Of a stretch of 64,000 nt of DNA, positions 10,864 to 20,737 are shown one piece after another (the first letter of the stretch is position 1; every line of letters starts with the position of its first letter). Where the stretch lies: positions 1 to 64,000 of the forward strand of contig JAEHCQ010000002.1 of the NCBI GenBank assembly GCA_020696385.1, read 5' to 3'. Position numbers and translations under genes: made by a program. A model generated the notes under the pieces. That model ran no database searches, was not told the DNA's origin, and saw only the letters and a program-made list of their open reading frames with translations. The stretch comes from Methanobacteriota archaeon. GTDB lineage: Archaea; Thermoplasmatota; Thermoplasmata; SG8-5; JAGLSY01.

Positions 10864-11505
10864 ATGAAATTCAAGTTCATCGCATTTGATCTGGATGGAG
10901 TACTGGTCTCGGAGCGGAGCTCGTGGGAATGGGTACATCACCACATGGGTGTGGATAATGAGGAAGGCTATCGTCTTTTCATGGATGGAAAGATAGATGA
11001 TCATGAGTTCATGAAACGTGATGTGGATCAATGGAAGTCCGTCGATCCTGATATAAATATCCAAAGAATTGAGGATATCCTGATGAAGGCAAGGCTGACC
11101 CCGGGCATAGTGGAGGCCATACGTATCCTCAAAGACAGAGGCAGTGTTATCGGGATAATCAGCGGGGGCATTGACATACTGGCTGATCATGTTGGCAAGA
11201 TTTGCGATGTGGATCATGTGATCGCGAATGGACTTGCCACTGATGATTATGGAAAATTAACCGGAGGAGGAATATCCCGAGTGCTTCTGATGGACAAAGG
11301 AAGTGCATTGAAAGAGATGCTGGCCACAGCCAATATCGACCCAAAGGACTGTGCGGTCATAGGAAACAGCTGCATAGATATCAGCATGTTCGAGGTTGGA
11401 GCATTTTCGATCGCTTTCAACCCGATCGATGAGGAAACCATCAGATCCGGGGATGTGGTCATACATTCGGATGATATGAGAGATATTTTACCGTATTTGA
11501 TATGA
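10864..11505 (+). CDS. HAD-IB family phosphatase (phosphoserine phosphatase-like)
   Basis: FDLDGVL motif I, ISGG motif II, K..L..GNS..D motifs III/IV. Confidence 0.85.
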   Translation: MKFKFIAFDLDGVLVSERSSWEWVHHHMGVDNEEGYRLFMDGKIDDHEFMKRDVDQWKSVDPDINIQRIEDILMKARLTPGIVEAIRILKDRGSVIGIISGGIDILADHVGKICDVDHVIANGLATDDYGKLTGGGISRVLLMDKGSALKEMLATANIDPKDCAVIGNSCIDISMFEVGAFSIAFNPIDEETIRSGDVVIHSDDMRDILPYLI

Positions 11506-11523
11506 GAATTTGACATCTATATT

Positions 11524-12168
11524 CTAAATCCCGTGCTCGCCCCTCATCGGGACAAAAGCACAGCCACCTTTGGACTCTTCCATCACCTTACCATCCTTCT
11601 TGATCAGCCTGACCAGGTCCTGATAATAACCACTTCCAACTGGTATGACCATTATTCCACCATCCTTCAATTGGTCGATCAAGGGCTGAGGCACTTTAGG
11701 GGCTCCGCAGGCCACCATGATCCGATCGTATGGAGCATGTTCCTCCAGGCCCTTTGAACCGTCTGCATTGATGACCGTTATTCGATCTGCCAGACCCACG
11801 CTCTTTATGTTCGCGATGGCTATTTTGGACAATTCCTCAATGTATTCGATCGTATAGACATGGCCACGCTCTCCAATGGCATAAGCAGCCATGGAAGCGT
11901 GATAGCCAGATCCTGCACCGACCTCCAGGATCTTCTCCCCTCCAGATAGCTCGAGCAATTCCAACATCATGCCCACCATGTGAGGAGCGGAGATCGTCTG
12001 ATCATTGCCGATCTTCAGAGGAGTGTCGGAATAAGAGAAAGACTTTAGCTCATCAGGTACAAAATTCTCTCTGGGAATCCCATGAAAGGCTTTTATCACT
12101 CTCTCACTTTTGATATATTCCTGTGAACTCAGTTTATCTATCAACCTCTTCTTTTTTTCTTCCAACAT
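11524..12168 (-). CDS. pcm: Protein-L-isoaspartate O-methyltransferase
   Basis: QTISAPHMV, LEVGAGSGY, APYDRI, LIDQLKDGG, FVPM motifs. Confidence 0.95.
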   Translation of the reverse strand: MLEEKKKRLIDKLSSQEYIKSERVIKAFHGIPRENFVPDELKSFSYSDTPLKIGNDQTISAPHMVGMMLELLELSGGEKILEVGAGSGYHASMAAYAIGERGHVYTIEYIEELSKIAIANIKSVGLADRITVINADGSKGLEEHAPYDRIMVACGAPKVPQPLIDQLKDGGIMVIPVGSGYYQDLVRLIKKDGKVMEESKGGCAFVPMRGEHGI

Positions 12169-12400
12169 ATTAGCATAGGTTCATTGTGAATTCAGTATTA
12201 AATCTGTTCCTTTTCTCCCATTTTGTCATTGGCAACCAAAATTAGACGTCCCCGCCTCAATGTTTAAATAGGTTTGGAAAAAAGGGTTATTAATGATGAC
12301 ATCTTTATCCTGGCCTAGTGGGCTAAAATATAGTGGTGAGGCTCGTTGAAGAATATTCTGAGAGTACCAGAGTCAAAAAACACAATCAATAGGTGAGGAT

Positions 12401-14887
12401 CTGGGACCCAAGAAAAAGGAGGATGATGGCAAAAGCTGCCCGGTTTGCGGAGGGAGTATCAACTCTGAAACTGGAAAATGTTCTGTTTGTGGTGAGAGAC
12501 CTCCAGATGAACAAAAGAAAGGCAGTAAAAAGGTTCAGATATCCATGGTGAAGGATGTCTCGACAAAAAAAGCATCATCGGGGAAGAAAGAAGATGGTGA
12601 TTCTGAAAATGGTGGTAAACCAAAATTATCCAAGCCATCCAAAGTGAGCAGTGAGGATAAGGCACTTGCCAAATGGCTCAGTGGAGATAGTGAAAAAGAA
12701 GCACTTGGTGATTGGTTAGGGCCAGAGGAAGACCCATCTGAAAAGAAAAAGTCAGATGGCGATAAAGGAAAAGAAAAGAAAAAGCCAGATGATGATAAGA
12801 AAGGCAAAAAGACCGAGAAAAGCTCTGAAGTTGAAGAAGGCGGCGATGACGCATTGAAGAAATGGCTCAGCGGAGAGGAAGACACTCTCAGTGATTGGCT
12901 GGGCGACGAGGAGGAGGAGAAAAAGCCAGGACCAATTGGCATTATGGAGCCAGTTGGCAAGGAGCTTCTGGAGAGAGAGAAGATCCTCAATGAAAGAGAG
13001 ATCGAACTGGACAATAAGCAGCAGGAGATCGATGATCTCAAGTTAGAAATGTCCGAATTCAAGAAGACCATGGAGTCTGAATTCGATAAGGTCAAAACAG
13101 GTGAGTTTGACCCTCTGGTAGTTCTGGAAGAAACAGCCAGACTGAACAAGGATCTTCAGAATGAGATCAAAAAGAGGAAGCAACTTGAAGAAGAGATCGT
13201 GCAGGTCAAGAAGGGCAGCTTGGCCGTGATCAAATATGTCAAGACACAGAAGGGAGATTCCAGTGGTGTGGCCAAGTCCCTGAAAAAGAAAGTGGAGGAG
13301 GACAGCGAGACCATTACGGAACTGGAAGCTGACCTGAAAGCCAAGGAAGGCATTGTTGAGGAATTGAAAAAGCAGATAGACAAAGGTCTGGATTCCCTCC
13401 CGGATGAGACAAAGGACATAAAGAAAAAAGAGCTGGAGCTCATAGAGAAGGAGAAGAACCTTGAAGCACAGCTTGAAATTCATATAGAAAAAGAAAAGAC
13501 ATTGGAGAAAAAATTGGCCAATGGCACAGCTTCCAGTGAGGCAGACTCGGACCTTCAACAGAGAGTGATGGCGGAATTGGCCCAGAAGGAACAGGAATTC
13601 ATCGAGAAGGAAGGGGAATTGAAAAGTACCATACTTGATCTGGAAGAAAAGGTCAAGGAATTTGAAATTGATAATAAATTAAGATCAGAATCCAAGGAGC
13701 TGGAAGGGAAGTCCGATGGAGAGGTGAATTCAGAGCTTGATCGCAAGGTGAGGGAGCTTCAGGTAAAGGAGAAGTCCCTTTTACTGAGAGAGGATGAGAT
13801 ACAGCAACTTAAGGATAAACTAAGGACCACGGAAGATGAAATGAAGAAGATGCGGGAACCACTGGCATACAAGGAAGAAGAGGTTCTGAGGCGTGAAGAG
13901 GACATGATCTACCGTGAACAATTACTCATGGAAGAAAGAAGGAAACTGGAAGAGGCCATGAGAGAGTCTGGCGGCCTGGAATCTCATGAAATGAAAAAGA
14001 AGCTGGAAGAACTCCAGAATGAGATCAACCGAAAGGAAGATGAGCTCAGGGCGAAGGAGAAGTACATACAGGCCAAGACAGAGGACCTGAAGGTACGTGA
14101 GCAAGGTCTGATAGGTGATGAGATCGAAGCAAGAGAAGAGGATAGAATGCTCGAACTCAAAATAGAGAAGGTCAAGACAGGCGATAGAAGACTGGATGAC
14201 CTTTTACTCGGTGGAATTCCATTTGGAAATAATATCCTTGTATATGGGCCACCATTCACAGGCAAGGAGGTCGTTATTAATGGCTTCGTGGCCGAGGGAT
14301 TGAAAAAGGGAGTGCCAGCCGTATGGGTCATCACAGACAAACTGCCTTCGGAGATCAGAGAAGAGATGATGTTCATGCTCCAGGGTTATGAGGAGTATGA
14401 GAAGATGGGATTGGTGAAATACGTCGATGCCTACTCCAGATCCATCGGAGTGGAGGATGTGGAGGATAATGTCACATATGTGGAAGAGCCAACAGATTTC
14501 AAGGCCATAATGAAAGCTGTTGATGATATCTCCAAAGATCTCCTGAAGGAGCATAAATATTACAGACTTGGATTCAGGTCCATCTCGACCTTGATAGCGT
14601 ATCTGGACTCGGCATCCGCATTCAAGTTCCTGCAGCCGTTCTGCGGTCGAAGGAAGAGAGAGAGAGCGGTGGCGATGTTCGCTATCGAGAAGGGTATGCA
14701 CGATGAGCAGGACATCCAGATGATAGGAAGTGTTACGGATGGTATCGTGGACTTCAAGCTTGAGCAGTTGAAGACATACCTCGCGATCAAGGGTCTGGGA
14801 GATGTTCAATCCAGAGCCTGGATAGATTACACTTACAGCAAGAAAGGACTTGTCATTGGTTCATTCAGTCTTGATCATATCAGATGA
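12401..14887 (+). CDS. Zn-ribbon + long coiled-coil + C-terminal KaiC/RAD55-like ATPase domain protein
   Basis: Frame open from 12362; CTG at 12401 after AGGTGAGG RBS is in frame with ATG 12545 and adds CPVC..CSVC; E/K-rich heptads; KTG.RRLDDLLLGGIP...GPPFTGKE. Confidence 0.8.
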   Translation: MGPKKKEDDGKSCPVCGGSINSETGKCSVCGERPPDEQKKGSKKVQISMVKDVSTKKASSGKKEDGDSENGGKPKLSKPSKVSSEDKALAKWLSGDSEKEALGDWLGPEEDPSEKKKSDGDKGKEKKKPDDDKKGKKTEKSSEVEEGGDDALKKWLSGEEDTLSDWLGDEEEEKKPGPIGIMEPVGKELLEREKILNEREIELDNKQQEIDDLKLEMSEFKKTMESEFDKVKTGEFDPLVVLEETARLNKDLQNEIKKRKQLEEEIVQVKKGSLAVIKYVKTQKGDSSGVAKSLKKKVEEDSETITELEADLKAKEGIVEELKKQIDKGLDSLPDETKDIKKKELELIEKEKNLEAQLEIHIEKEKTLEKKLANGTASSEADSDLQQRVMAELAQKEQEFIEKEGELKSTILDLEEKVKEFEIDNKLRSESKELEGKSDGEVNSELDRKVRELQVKEKSLLLREDEIQQLKDKLRTTEDEMKKMREPLAYKEEEVLRREEDMIYREQLLMEERRKLEEAMRESGGLESHEMKKKLEELQNEINRKEDELRAKEKYIQAKTEDLKVREQGLIGDEIEAREEDRMLELKIEKVKTGDRRLDDLLLGGIPFGNNILVYGPPFTGKEVVINGFVAEGLKKGVPAVWVITDKLPSEIREEMMFMLQGYEEYEKMGLVKYVDAYSRSIGVEDVEDNVTYVEEPTDFKAIMKAVDDISKDLLKEHKYYRLGFRSISTLIAYLDSASAFKFLQPFCGRRKRERAVAMFAIEKGMHDEQDIQMIGSVTDGIVDFKLEQLKTYLAIKGLGDVQSRAWIDYTYSKKGLVIGSFSLDHIR

Positions 14888-14957
14888 TCGAGGTATAATT
14901 CACGATCATCGATATTCTGTGGCAAAGGTTAATAGGAACAGATGAATTATTACCATT

Positions 14958-16094
14958 GTGCAATCAAGTGGCCGTGCGACACCACCTCCGCCTTCAGATT
15001 GGAACGGGGGGCATAAAAATGGGGAAGAAAGATTACCAAGAAAAAAGAGAAGCAACAAAGGCTTGAGAGTTATCTTCGCTCTGCTCATTGCCATACTTCT
15101 GCTATCGTTGATATTCCTCGTACCCATCAATGAGGGTAATACCTTATACGATGAATTGGTCAATGAACTTTCCAATTCATTGGGCCCCAGCATACCGGCC
15201 TATGCGGATTTCACGATCACAAGATCCATATTCATATCAACATCCAATGGAGAGATAGATTACACATTGGATATTCCAATGCCTGAAGATATATCCTCCA
15301 ATCAAAACTCACCGATACAGGTGATAAATGGATTGGATACCTCGCCTTCGGCAGATGAGATAATTGATAAATACGGCACTGATTGGGCATACTGGAATGG
15401 AACCACGAATTCGTACTTCACAGCCACGATCACATACGACATGCGGGTTTATTCCGTCGTGCTGGACATATCGAAGGCCGACGCAGGAACAATATATGAT
15501 ATTCCTGATAATCTGGATAGATTCCTGGATGATGAGTGGAAGATCGAGCCCTCTCTCAGCAGTGTTTCGTCGCTTGCCAATTCATTGGCAGGCGACAGCA
15601 ACAATGTGTACACCATGGTGAAAGCTGTCTATGACCACATGAGATCGGAGTTCACTTATGATGACAATTCCCCGGGAGAGCCAAAGACCTGTTCCCAGAC
15701 ATTGATCGACGGGAGAGGGGATTGCGATGATCAATCCATATTGTTCATTTCGATGTTACGTTCTCTGGGTATTCCGGCCTGGTTGGAATTCGGGCCACTG
15801 TTCGACCCACATACGAATGAATGGGGAGCACATGCCTGGTCCAAGGTCTACATACCTCTCGCTGATGGCGGAGGAGGTGCAGTCACCATAGATGTTGTCA
15901 ATGGCCAGTTCATGGTGAAGGATTGCTCCAGGTTCACGGAATGGGAAAGCGATGGTGAGGAAGAACACCTGGAGGATTATTACAGAACATTGTCCTATTC
16001 CTACATACCACCACAGCCAGATGTCGATATCACTGATTCCTATTCTGGAGATTACAGTCCTTCTGACAGGACCGTGAATGTTCCCCGGGACTGA
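14958..16094 (+). CDS. Membrane-anchored transglutaminase-like (Cys-His-Asp) domain protein
   Basis: N-terminal TM; GDCDDQS..F..MLRSLGIPA, HAW and downstream D triad. Confidence 0.85.
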   Translation: MQSSGRATPPPPSDWNGGHKNGEERLPRKKRSNKGLRVIFALLIAILLLSLIFLVPINEGNTLYDELVNELSNSLGPSIPAYADFTITRSIFISTSNGEIDYTLDIPMPEDISSNQNSPIQVINGLDTSPSADEIIDKYGTDWAYWNGTTNSYFTATITYDMRVYSVVLDISKADAGTIYDIPDNLDRFLDDEWKIEPSLSSVSSLANSLAGDSNNVYTMVKAVYDHMRSEFTYDDNSPGEPKTCSQTLIDGRGDCDDQSILFISMLRSLGIPAWLEFGPLFDPHTNEWGAHAWSKVYIPLADGGGGAVTIDVVNGQFMVKDCSRFTEWESDGEEEHLEDYYRTLSYSYIPPQPDVDITDSYSGDYSPSDRTVNVPRD

Positions 16095-16152
16095 AAAAAA
16101 TGATACTTCCCAATCAAAAGATATATATTCATCACTTGTTTGACTTAGATAT

Positions 16153-17457
16153 ATGTTCCTGGATATAGAGGATATATTGAATGGCGATCATGTTGACCAA
16201 GAGGTCAGCATCCGAGGCTGGATACACCGCACAAGAAGTAGCGGGTCCATAGTTTTTGCAGTACTGAGGGATCCAACTGGCATCGTGCAAGTGACTGTTA
16301 AGAAAGGCAATGTGGCCGAAGAGAAGTTCCAGGATGCGAAGAATGCGCTTGTAGAATCATCACTGGCCATCACCGGAACAGTTCATGAGGACGATAGAGC
16401 CCCGGGAGGCTATGAGATCAGAGCCAATGATGTCAAAGTATATGATTTCGCAGAGGCATATCCCATCACGAAAGATATGAGCGAGGAATGGCTTAGGGAG
16501 AACAGACATCTCTGGATCCGCTCACAGAGGATGACGGCCATAATGAAGATCCGCTCCACCATGACAGGAGCCATACATGAATTCTTCAGGGAGCTGGAAT
16601 ACCACGAGTTCACACCACCCATACTCCAGCCAAATCAATGCGAAGGGGGTTCCACCCTTTTCGAAGTGAAATATTACGATTCAAAGACCTATCTTTCCCA
16701 GACCTGGCAATTGTATGCCGAGGCCATGATATTCTCGCTTGGCAAAGTGTACGATATGTCGCCCACTTTCAGAGCGGAGAAGTCCAAGACATCCCGTCAC
16801 CTTACCGAGTTCTGGATGGCGGAAATGGAAGCCGCGTGGCTGACCTACCTCGATGTTATCGAGATCGCTAAAGATGAAGTAAAGTATATCATCATGCGAA
16901 TACTGGAAGAGAATGAGAAGGAATTGAAATTCTTGGAAGTGGATATAGAGAATCTCAAAACGATGGTCGAAAAGGAATGGCCGACCATCACATACACCGA
17001 GGGTCTCCAGATGCTCAAGGAAAAGGACGGGATGGATGTCGAGTGGGGCAAGGATCTTCGAACCATTGAGGAGATCGCCATCACGAAGCATTTCGATACA
17101 CCGGTGGCAGTCATCCAGTATCCGAAAGAAGCAATGGCATTTTACAAACCAATTGAGGAAAACGCCCAAGCTCCAGGACCGGTTGCCAAATGCTTCGACA
17201 TGCTGGCAACAGATGGAACTGAGATAGTTGGAGGCTCGGAAAGGGATACTGACCTCAAAGCTCTCATTGACAGCCTTGAGGCCGAAGGCGAAGATATCGC
17301 GAACTACGACTGGTATCTTGATCTGAGAAAGTACGGCTCGATTGTCCATTCAGGATATGGACTGGGTGTGGAAAGGGTACTGGCCTGGATATGTGGATTG
17401 GATAATATCAAGGACGCCATCGCGTTCCCAAGGACGATGAATCGATTCAAACCGTAA
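16153..17457 (+). CDS. asnS: Asparagine--tRNA ligase
   Basis: OB-fold RGWIH..R, YLSQTWQLY, FRAEKSKTSRHLTEFWM, GGSER, HSGYGLGVER class IIb motifs. Confidence 0.9.
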   Translation: MFLDIEDILNGDHVDQEVSIRGWIHRTRSSGSIVFAVLRDPTGIVQVTVKKGNVAEEKFQDAKNALVESSLAITGTVHEDDRAPGGYEIRANDVKVYDFAEAYPITKDMSEEWLRENRHLWIRSQRMTAIMKIRSTMTGAIHEFFRELEYHEFTPPILQPNQCEGGSTLFEVKYYDSKTYLSQTWQLYAEAMIFSLGKVYDMSPTFRAEKSKTSRHLTEFWMAEMEAAWLTYLDVIEIAKDEVKYIIMRILEENEKELKFLEVDIENLKTMVEKEWPTITYTEGLQMLKEKDGMDVEWGKDLRTIEEIAITKHFDTPVAVIQYPKEAMAFYKPIEENAQAPGPVAKCFDMLATDGTEIVGGSERDTDLKALIDSLEAEGEDIANYDWYLDLRKYGSIVHSGYGLGVERVLAWICGLDNIKDAIAFPRTMNRFKP

Positions 17458-17546
17458 TATTGATCGATCCTCACAAGCCTCGATACTCCTGATATACGAT
17501 ATCTGATATCTCTTGTATAAACTTTATATACACATAGTGTAATCTA

Positions 17547-18557
17547 ATGACAATGAAAAAGAGGAAACAGAGAGAAATGAAGGGTATCGGTCTGTTCATG
17601 GCCACATTGATATTGGGAACTCTGGCTCTTATTCTACTGCTGGACATGGATTACGATATCATCCCCTTCATCGACCTGGGATTGAGTGATCCCATGCATG
17701 AATTACTGGTCGTCTCGGTAACACTGTCATTCATATGGATCGCCCTTTGGATACTCGGATTCCTGTTCGAGACTGCCGCGGCTCCGAGAGTGAAGAGCTA
17801 TGCTTCCGCTCGTTCCATGTGGAAGCTGATTAGCTATTTCATCTGGATCTTCGTTCTGGTTTCATTATTTGTTCTTTATTTGGGAGATGTGGCATCATCG
17901 ATCCTGAGCTTGTCCGTCATTGGTGCGGCACTCACTTTCGTACTGCAAAAGCCATTACTGAATATCATAGGCTGGATCTACATCACCTACTACAGAGTTT
18001 ACAGGATAGGTGACAGGATATCCATCAATGATATTACTGGATACATCACAGATATTCGTGTAATGGATACCGAACTCCAGGAAATTGGGAATTGGATGGA
18101 CGGTCACACCTTCACGGGAAGGTTGAGCACCTTCCCGAATGGAATGATATTCGACCATTCCATGAGCAATTTTACAAAGGATTCACCATTCGTATGGGAT
18201 GAGATCACCAATCTGGTCACCTATGAGAGTGATATTGACAAGGCAAAAAAATACATGGTGGACTCAGTCACGGATGTTATTGGAAAGACCATGGAGACAA
18301 ATTTCGAGGCTTACAGAAAGAATCTCAGCATCCATGACCTGGACACCCTGCTTCCAAAGGCCCCGGAGATAAGGATGTCACTCAAGGAATCCGGTGTAAA
18401 TCTCACTATCATTTACTGGTGCAGGATCGAATATCGCCGTAAGATCAAATCTGAAATAGTGGAACATATCTGGAGGAAATTCACATCCGACCCGGATGTC
18501 GGCATCGCCTACCCACATATAGAGCTAGTTCAGGGACGAAAGTGCTCGGAAGAATGA
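17547..18557 (+). CDS. mscS: Small-conductance mechanosensitive channel
   Basis: TM helices then Y.IGDRI.I.DITG.I.DI, PN, YESD, IAYPH. Confidence 0.88.
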   Translation: MTMKKRKQREMKGIGLFMATLILGTLALILLLDMDYDIIPFIDLGLSDPMHELLVVSVTLSFIWIALWILGFLFETAAAPRVKSYASARSMWKLISYFIWIFVLVSLFVLYLGDVASSILSLSVIGAALTFVLQKPLLNIIGWIYITYYRVYRIGDRISINDITGYITDIRVMDTELQEIGNWMDGHTFTGRLSTFPNGMIFDHSMSNFTKDSPFVWDEITNLVTYESDIDKAKKYMVDSVTDVIGKTMETNFEAYRKNLSIHDLDTLLPKAPEIRMSLKESGVNLTIIYWCRIEYRRKIKSEIVEHIWRKFTSDPDVGIAYPHIELVQGRKCSEE

Positions 18558-18600
18558 TGGCTAATATATTTTAAACCTGGCCGTATATACATGATGCGAT

Positions 18601-19476
18601 ATGGCATCCGCAGCATTGGAAATTATCAACTTGATAGCATTGCTATTATTGGGCATTGGCTTCTTCTGGAAGGATAGAAGATGTCACATAGCGAGGGCTC
18701 TGGGATGGGCAGGGTTGGGTATTTATTGGCTCACCAAGGCCACACCCTATCTCTCACACAGTGATTGGGTAAATGGCCTGGGAGCGGCCATGGCATTCCC
18801 CATATTCCTTTTCCTCGGATATCATGAATGGAAGTCTCATGAATGGAATGAGGAATATTATCCTTTAAGATTCGTGACAGGCGCGATGTTCATTGCTGGC
18901 ATTTCCTATTTGATGATCGGTAATGTGCCGATCATCCCAAAGATCCTGATAGGCGTGGTGGCCGAGCAGAGTGTGTGGCTGGCCAATGTATTTGGATACG
19001 AATTCTGGGTCGAGGGAATTACTTCCACAAGAGCCCCTCTGGGAGGGCATGAAACAGATATTGTCATAGTTCTGGAATGCACGGCCATCCAGGCACTTCT
19101 TGTCGCGGGCTCTTTTCTCTTTGGAAGCAGAGGCGATCCAAAAAAGAGGGCTTTCATATTCGCCCTCTTTGTCCCGGTTATCTGGCTTACCAACCTGATA
19201 AGGAACGCGCTGGTCATGATCCTGGTCGCCAATAATGGCAATGATTATTTCGAATTCGCCCACAATTATATCGGCAAAACAATGAGCTTGGTCGTGCTCA
19301 TTGTCCTGATCCTCATCGCCTTCTGGAAAGTGCCGGAGCTTTACGAGGATATCAATGGTATGTTCGACCTGCCATGGAGAAAGAAAGCTGGCCATAATTA
19401 TCTGGAATTCGTCGGAAGGCTGTATGATAAGAAAGAAGATGATGAGGAACAGTCTGATAATGAGCCTGTGGAATAA
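18601..19476 (+). CDS. artA: Archaeosortase (ArtA-like transpeptidase)
   Basis: Multi-TM; ECTAI (catalytic Cys), NLIRN (Arg), AHN.IGK; PEL after last TM. Confidence 0.82.
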   Translation: MASAALEIINLIALLLLGIGFFWKDRRCHIARALGWAGLGIYWLTKATPYLSHSDWVNGLGAAMAFPIFLFLGYHEWKSHEWNEEYYPLRFVTGAMFIAGISYLMIGNVPIIPKILIGVVAEQSVWLANVFGYEFWVEGITSTRAPLGGHETDIVIVLECTAIQALLVAGSFLFGSRGDPKKRAFIFALFVPVIWLTNLIRNALVMILVANNGNDYFEFAHNYIGKTMSLVVLIVLILIAFWKVPELYEDINGMFDLPWRKKAGHNYLEFVGRLYDKKEDDEEQSDNEPVE

Positions 19477-19486
19477 TTCAATATAT

Positions 19487-20608
19487 TCAAGATGAAGTGC
19501 CTTCGATTATCGATATCATCCTCTGTAAGTCGATCTCATCATTCAGGGAATAGATGATATCCTTGCCTTTCCTATTCTTTCTTATGATATCAGCGGCCAT
19601 GAGCCTTTTCGCATGCCAGTTCACGGTGGAAGCGTGCATGCCCAAATGCTGTGACAATATCTGCTGGTTCATCTCATCTCCCTGAGCCAGTATCTTCACG
19701 ATGCTTCGGGAAGTGTCATTCTTCAATGCGGATATCACAGCCTTGTACTCCTGGCCATTGGTAAAGCTGCTGAAACCATTCTGATTGACATAATAATGCT
19801 TGTACTTTCCAGGCTTGTGGGATACGATCTTATCACTGACCTCCAGGACATAGAGATGATGTCTCGCACTGCTGGATGACATGCTGAATTCCTTGGTTAT
19901 GCTGGCCAGATGTTCTCCAGGATGCTCGGATATAAAATTGTAGATGTGCTTTCTCACCCCATCCATTATGTCCTCATTGCTCAACCTGGCGAACATGAGG
20001 GAGAAGAAGACGGAGCAGATCACGATATAAGCGGCTGATTGGAATATCCAGATGGTGGCAGATGATGATGATTCGTCGGCATCTGCCGCACTGGCCACAT
20101 CATCTTCATCAAGCTCAAGCGAGCGAGCGACCAGGCCTCCTTCATCGGCGTCGTATGCGGGGGCAGATGGTACGGAGTTCCCTATGTCATCGCCTGCCAG
20201 CTCCCACTCGTCATAGATCATGTCATACGAGTCATTGTCATACTTGACATAGAATGCGGAATCCGCGATATCCGAGGTATTGTGGAATAGTGCGATATCA
20301 TATGTTCCATTATCATCATTATCGATGTAGACTGGCTCTTCCACCAAAGTATCATTTGAATAAACAAGATAACTAGCACCCGCGTCGTATTCGACAGAAT
20401 TACCATCGATTATGGCTACATCCGGGTACTGGGTGGTATTGGCATCATCGATATAGTCCACGATATCAACATAATCATTATCAATATCATCATCACCGCC
20501 ATCAGAAGGTCCGGTATCGAAGACTCCGCCTGGCACTATCAGAGCGAGGCCCAGAAAAAGAGCAATAACAAAGCTGACAACAAGAAGCCATTTCTTCCCT
20601 TTCATCAA
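19487..20608 (-). CDS. Membrane-tethered double winged-helix transcription regulator with acidic external domain
   Basis: N-terminal TM, D-rich domain, second TM, then R..IY.FI..HPG.H...HHL..LE and second wHTH (STVNWH.KRL). Confidence 0.8.
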   Translation of the reverse strand: MMKGKKWLLVVSFVIALFLGLALIVPGGVFDTGPSDGGDDDIDNDYVDIVDYIDDANTTQYPDVAIIDGNSVEYDAGASYLVYSNDTLVEEPVYIDNDDNGTYDIALFHNTSDIADSAFYVKYDNDSYDMIYDEWELAGDDIGNSVPSAPAYDADEGGLVARSLELDEDDVASAADADESSSSATIWIFQSAAYIVICSVFFSLMFARLSNEDIMDGVRKHIYNFISEHPGEHLASITKEFSMSSSSARHHLYVLEVSDKIVSHKPGKYKHYYVNQNGFSSFTNGQEYKAVISALKNDTSRSIVKILAQGDEMNQQILSQHLGMHASTVNWHAKRLMAADIIRKNRKGKDIIYSLNDEIDLQRMISIIEGTSS

Positions 20609-20737
20609 TTAAATCATGTTATTTCATTATTAAAAGGTTTGTGGCACGATAGTGCGATTGACGGGGGTGGAGCATCATCTATTTACTTTTTTTACAAAAC
20701 TGTGTACCAATCTGTTTAAGTATACATAACTCAATAA

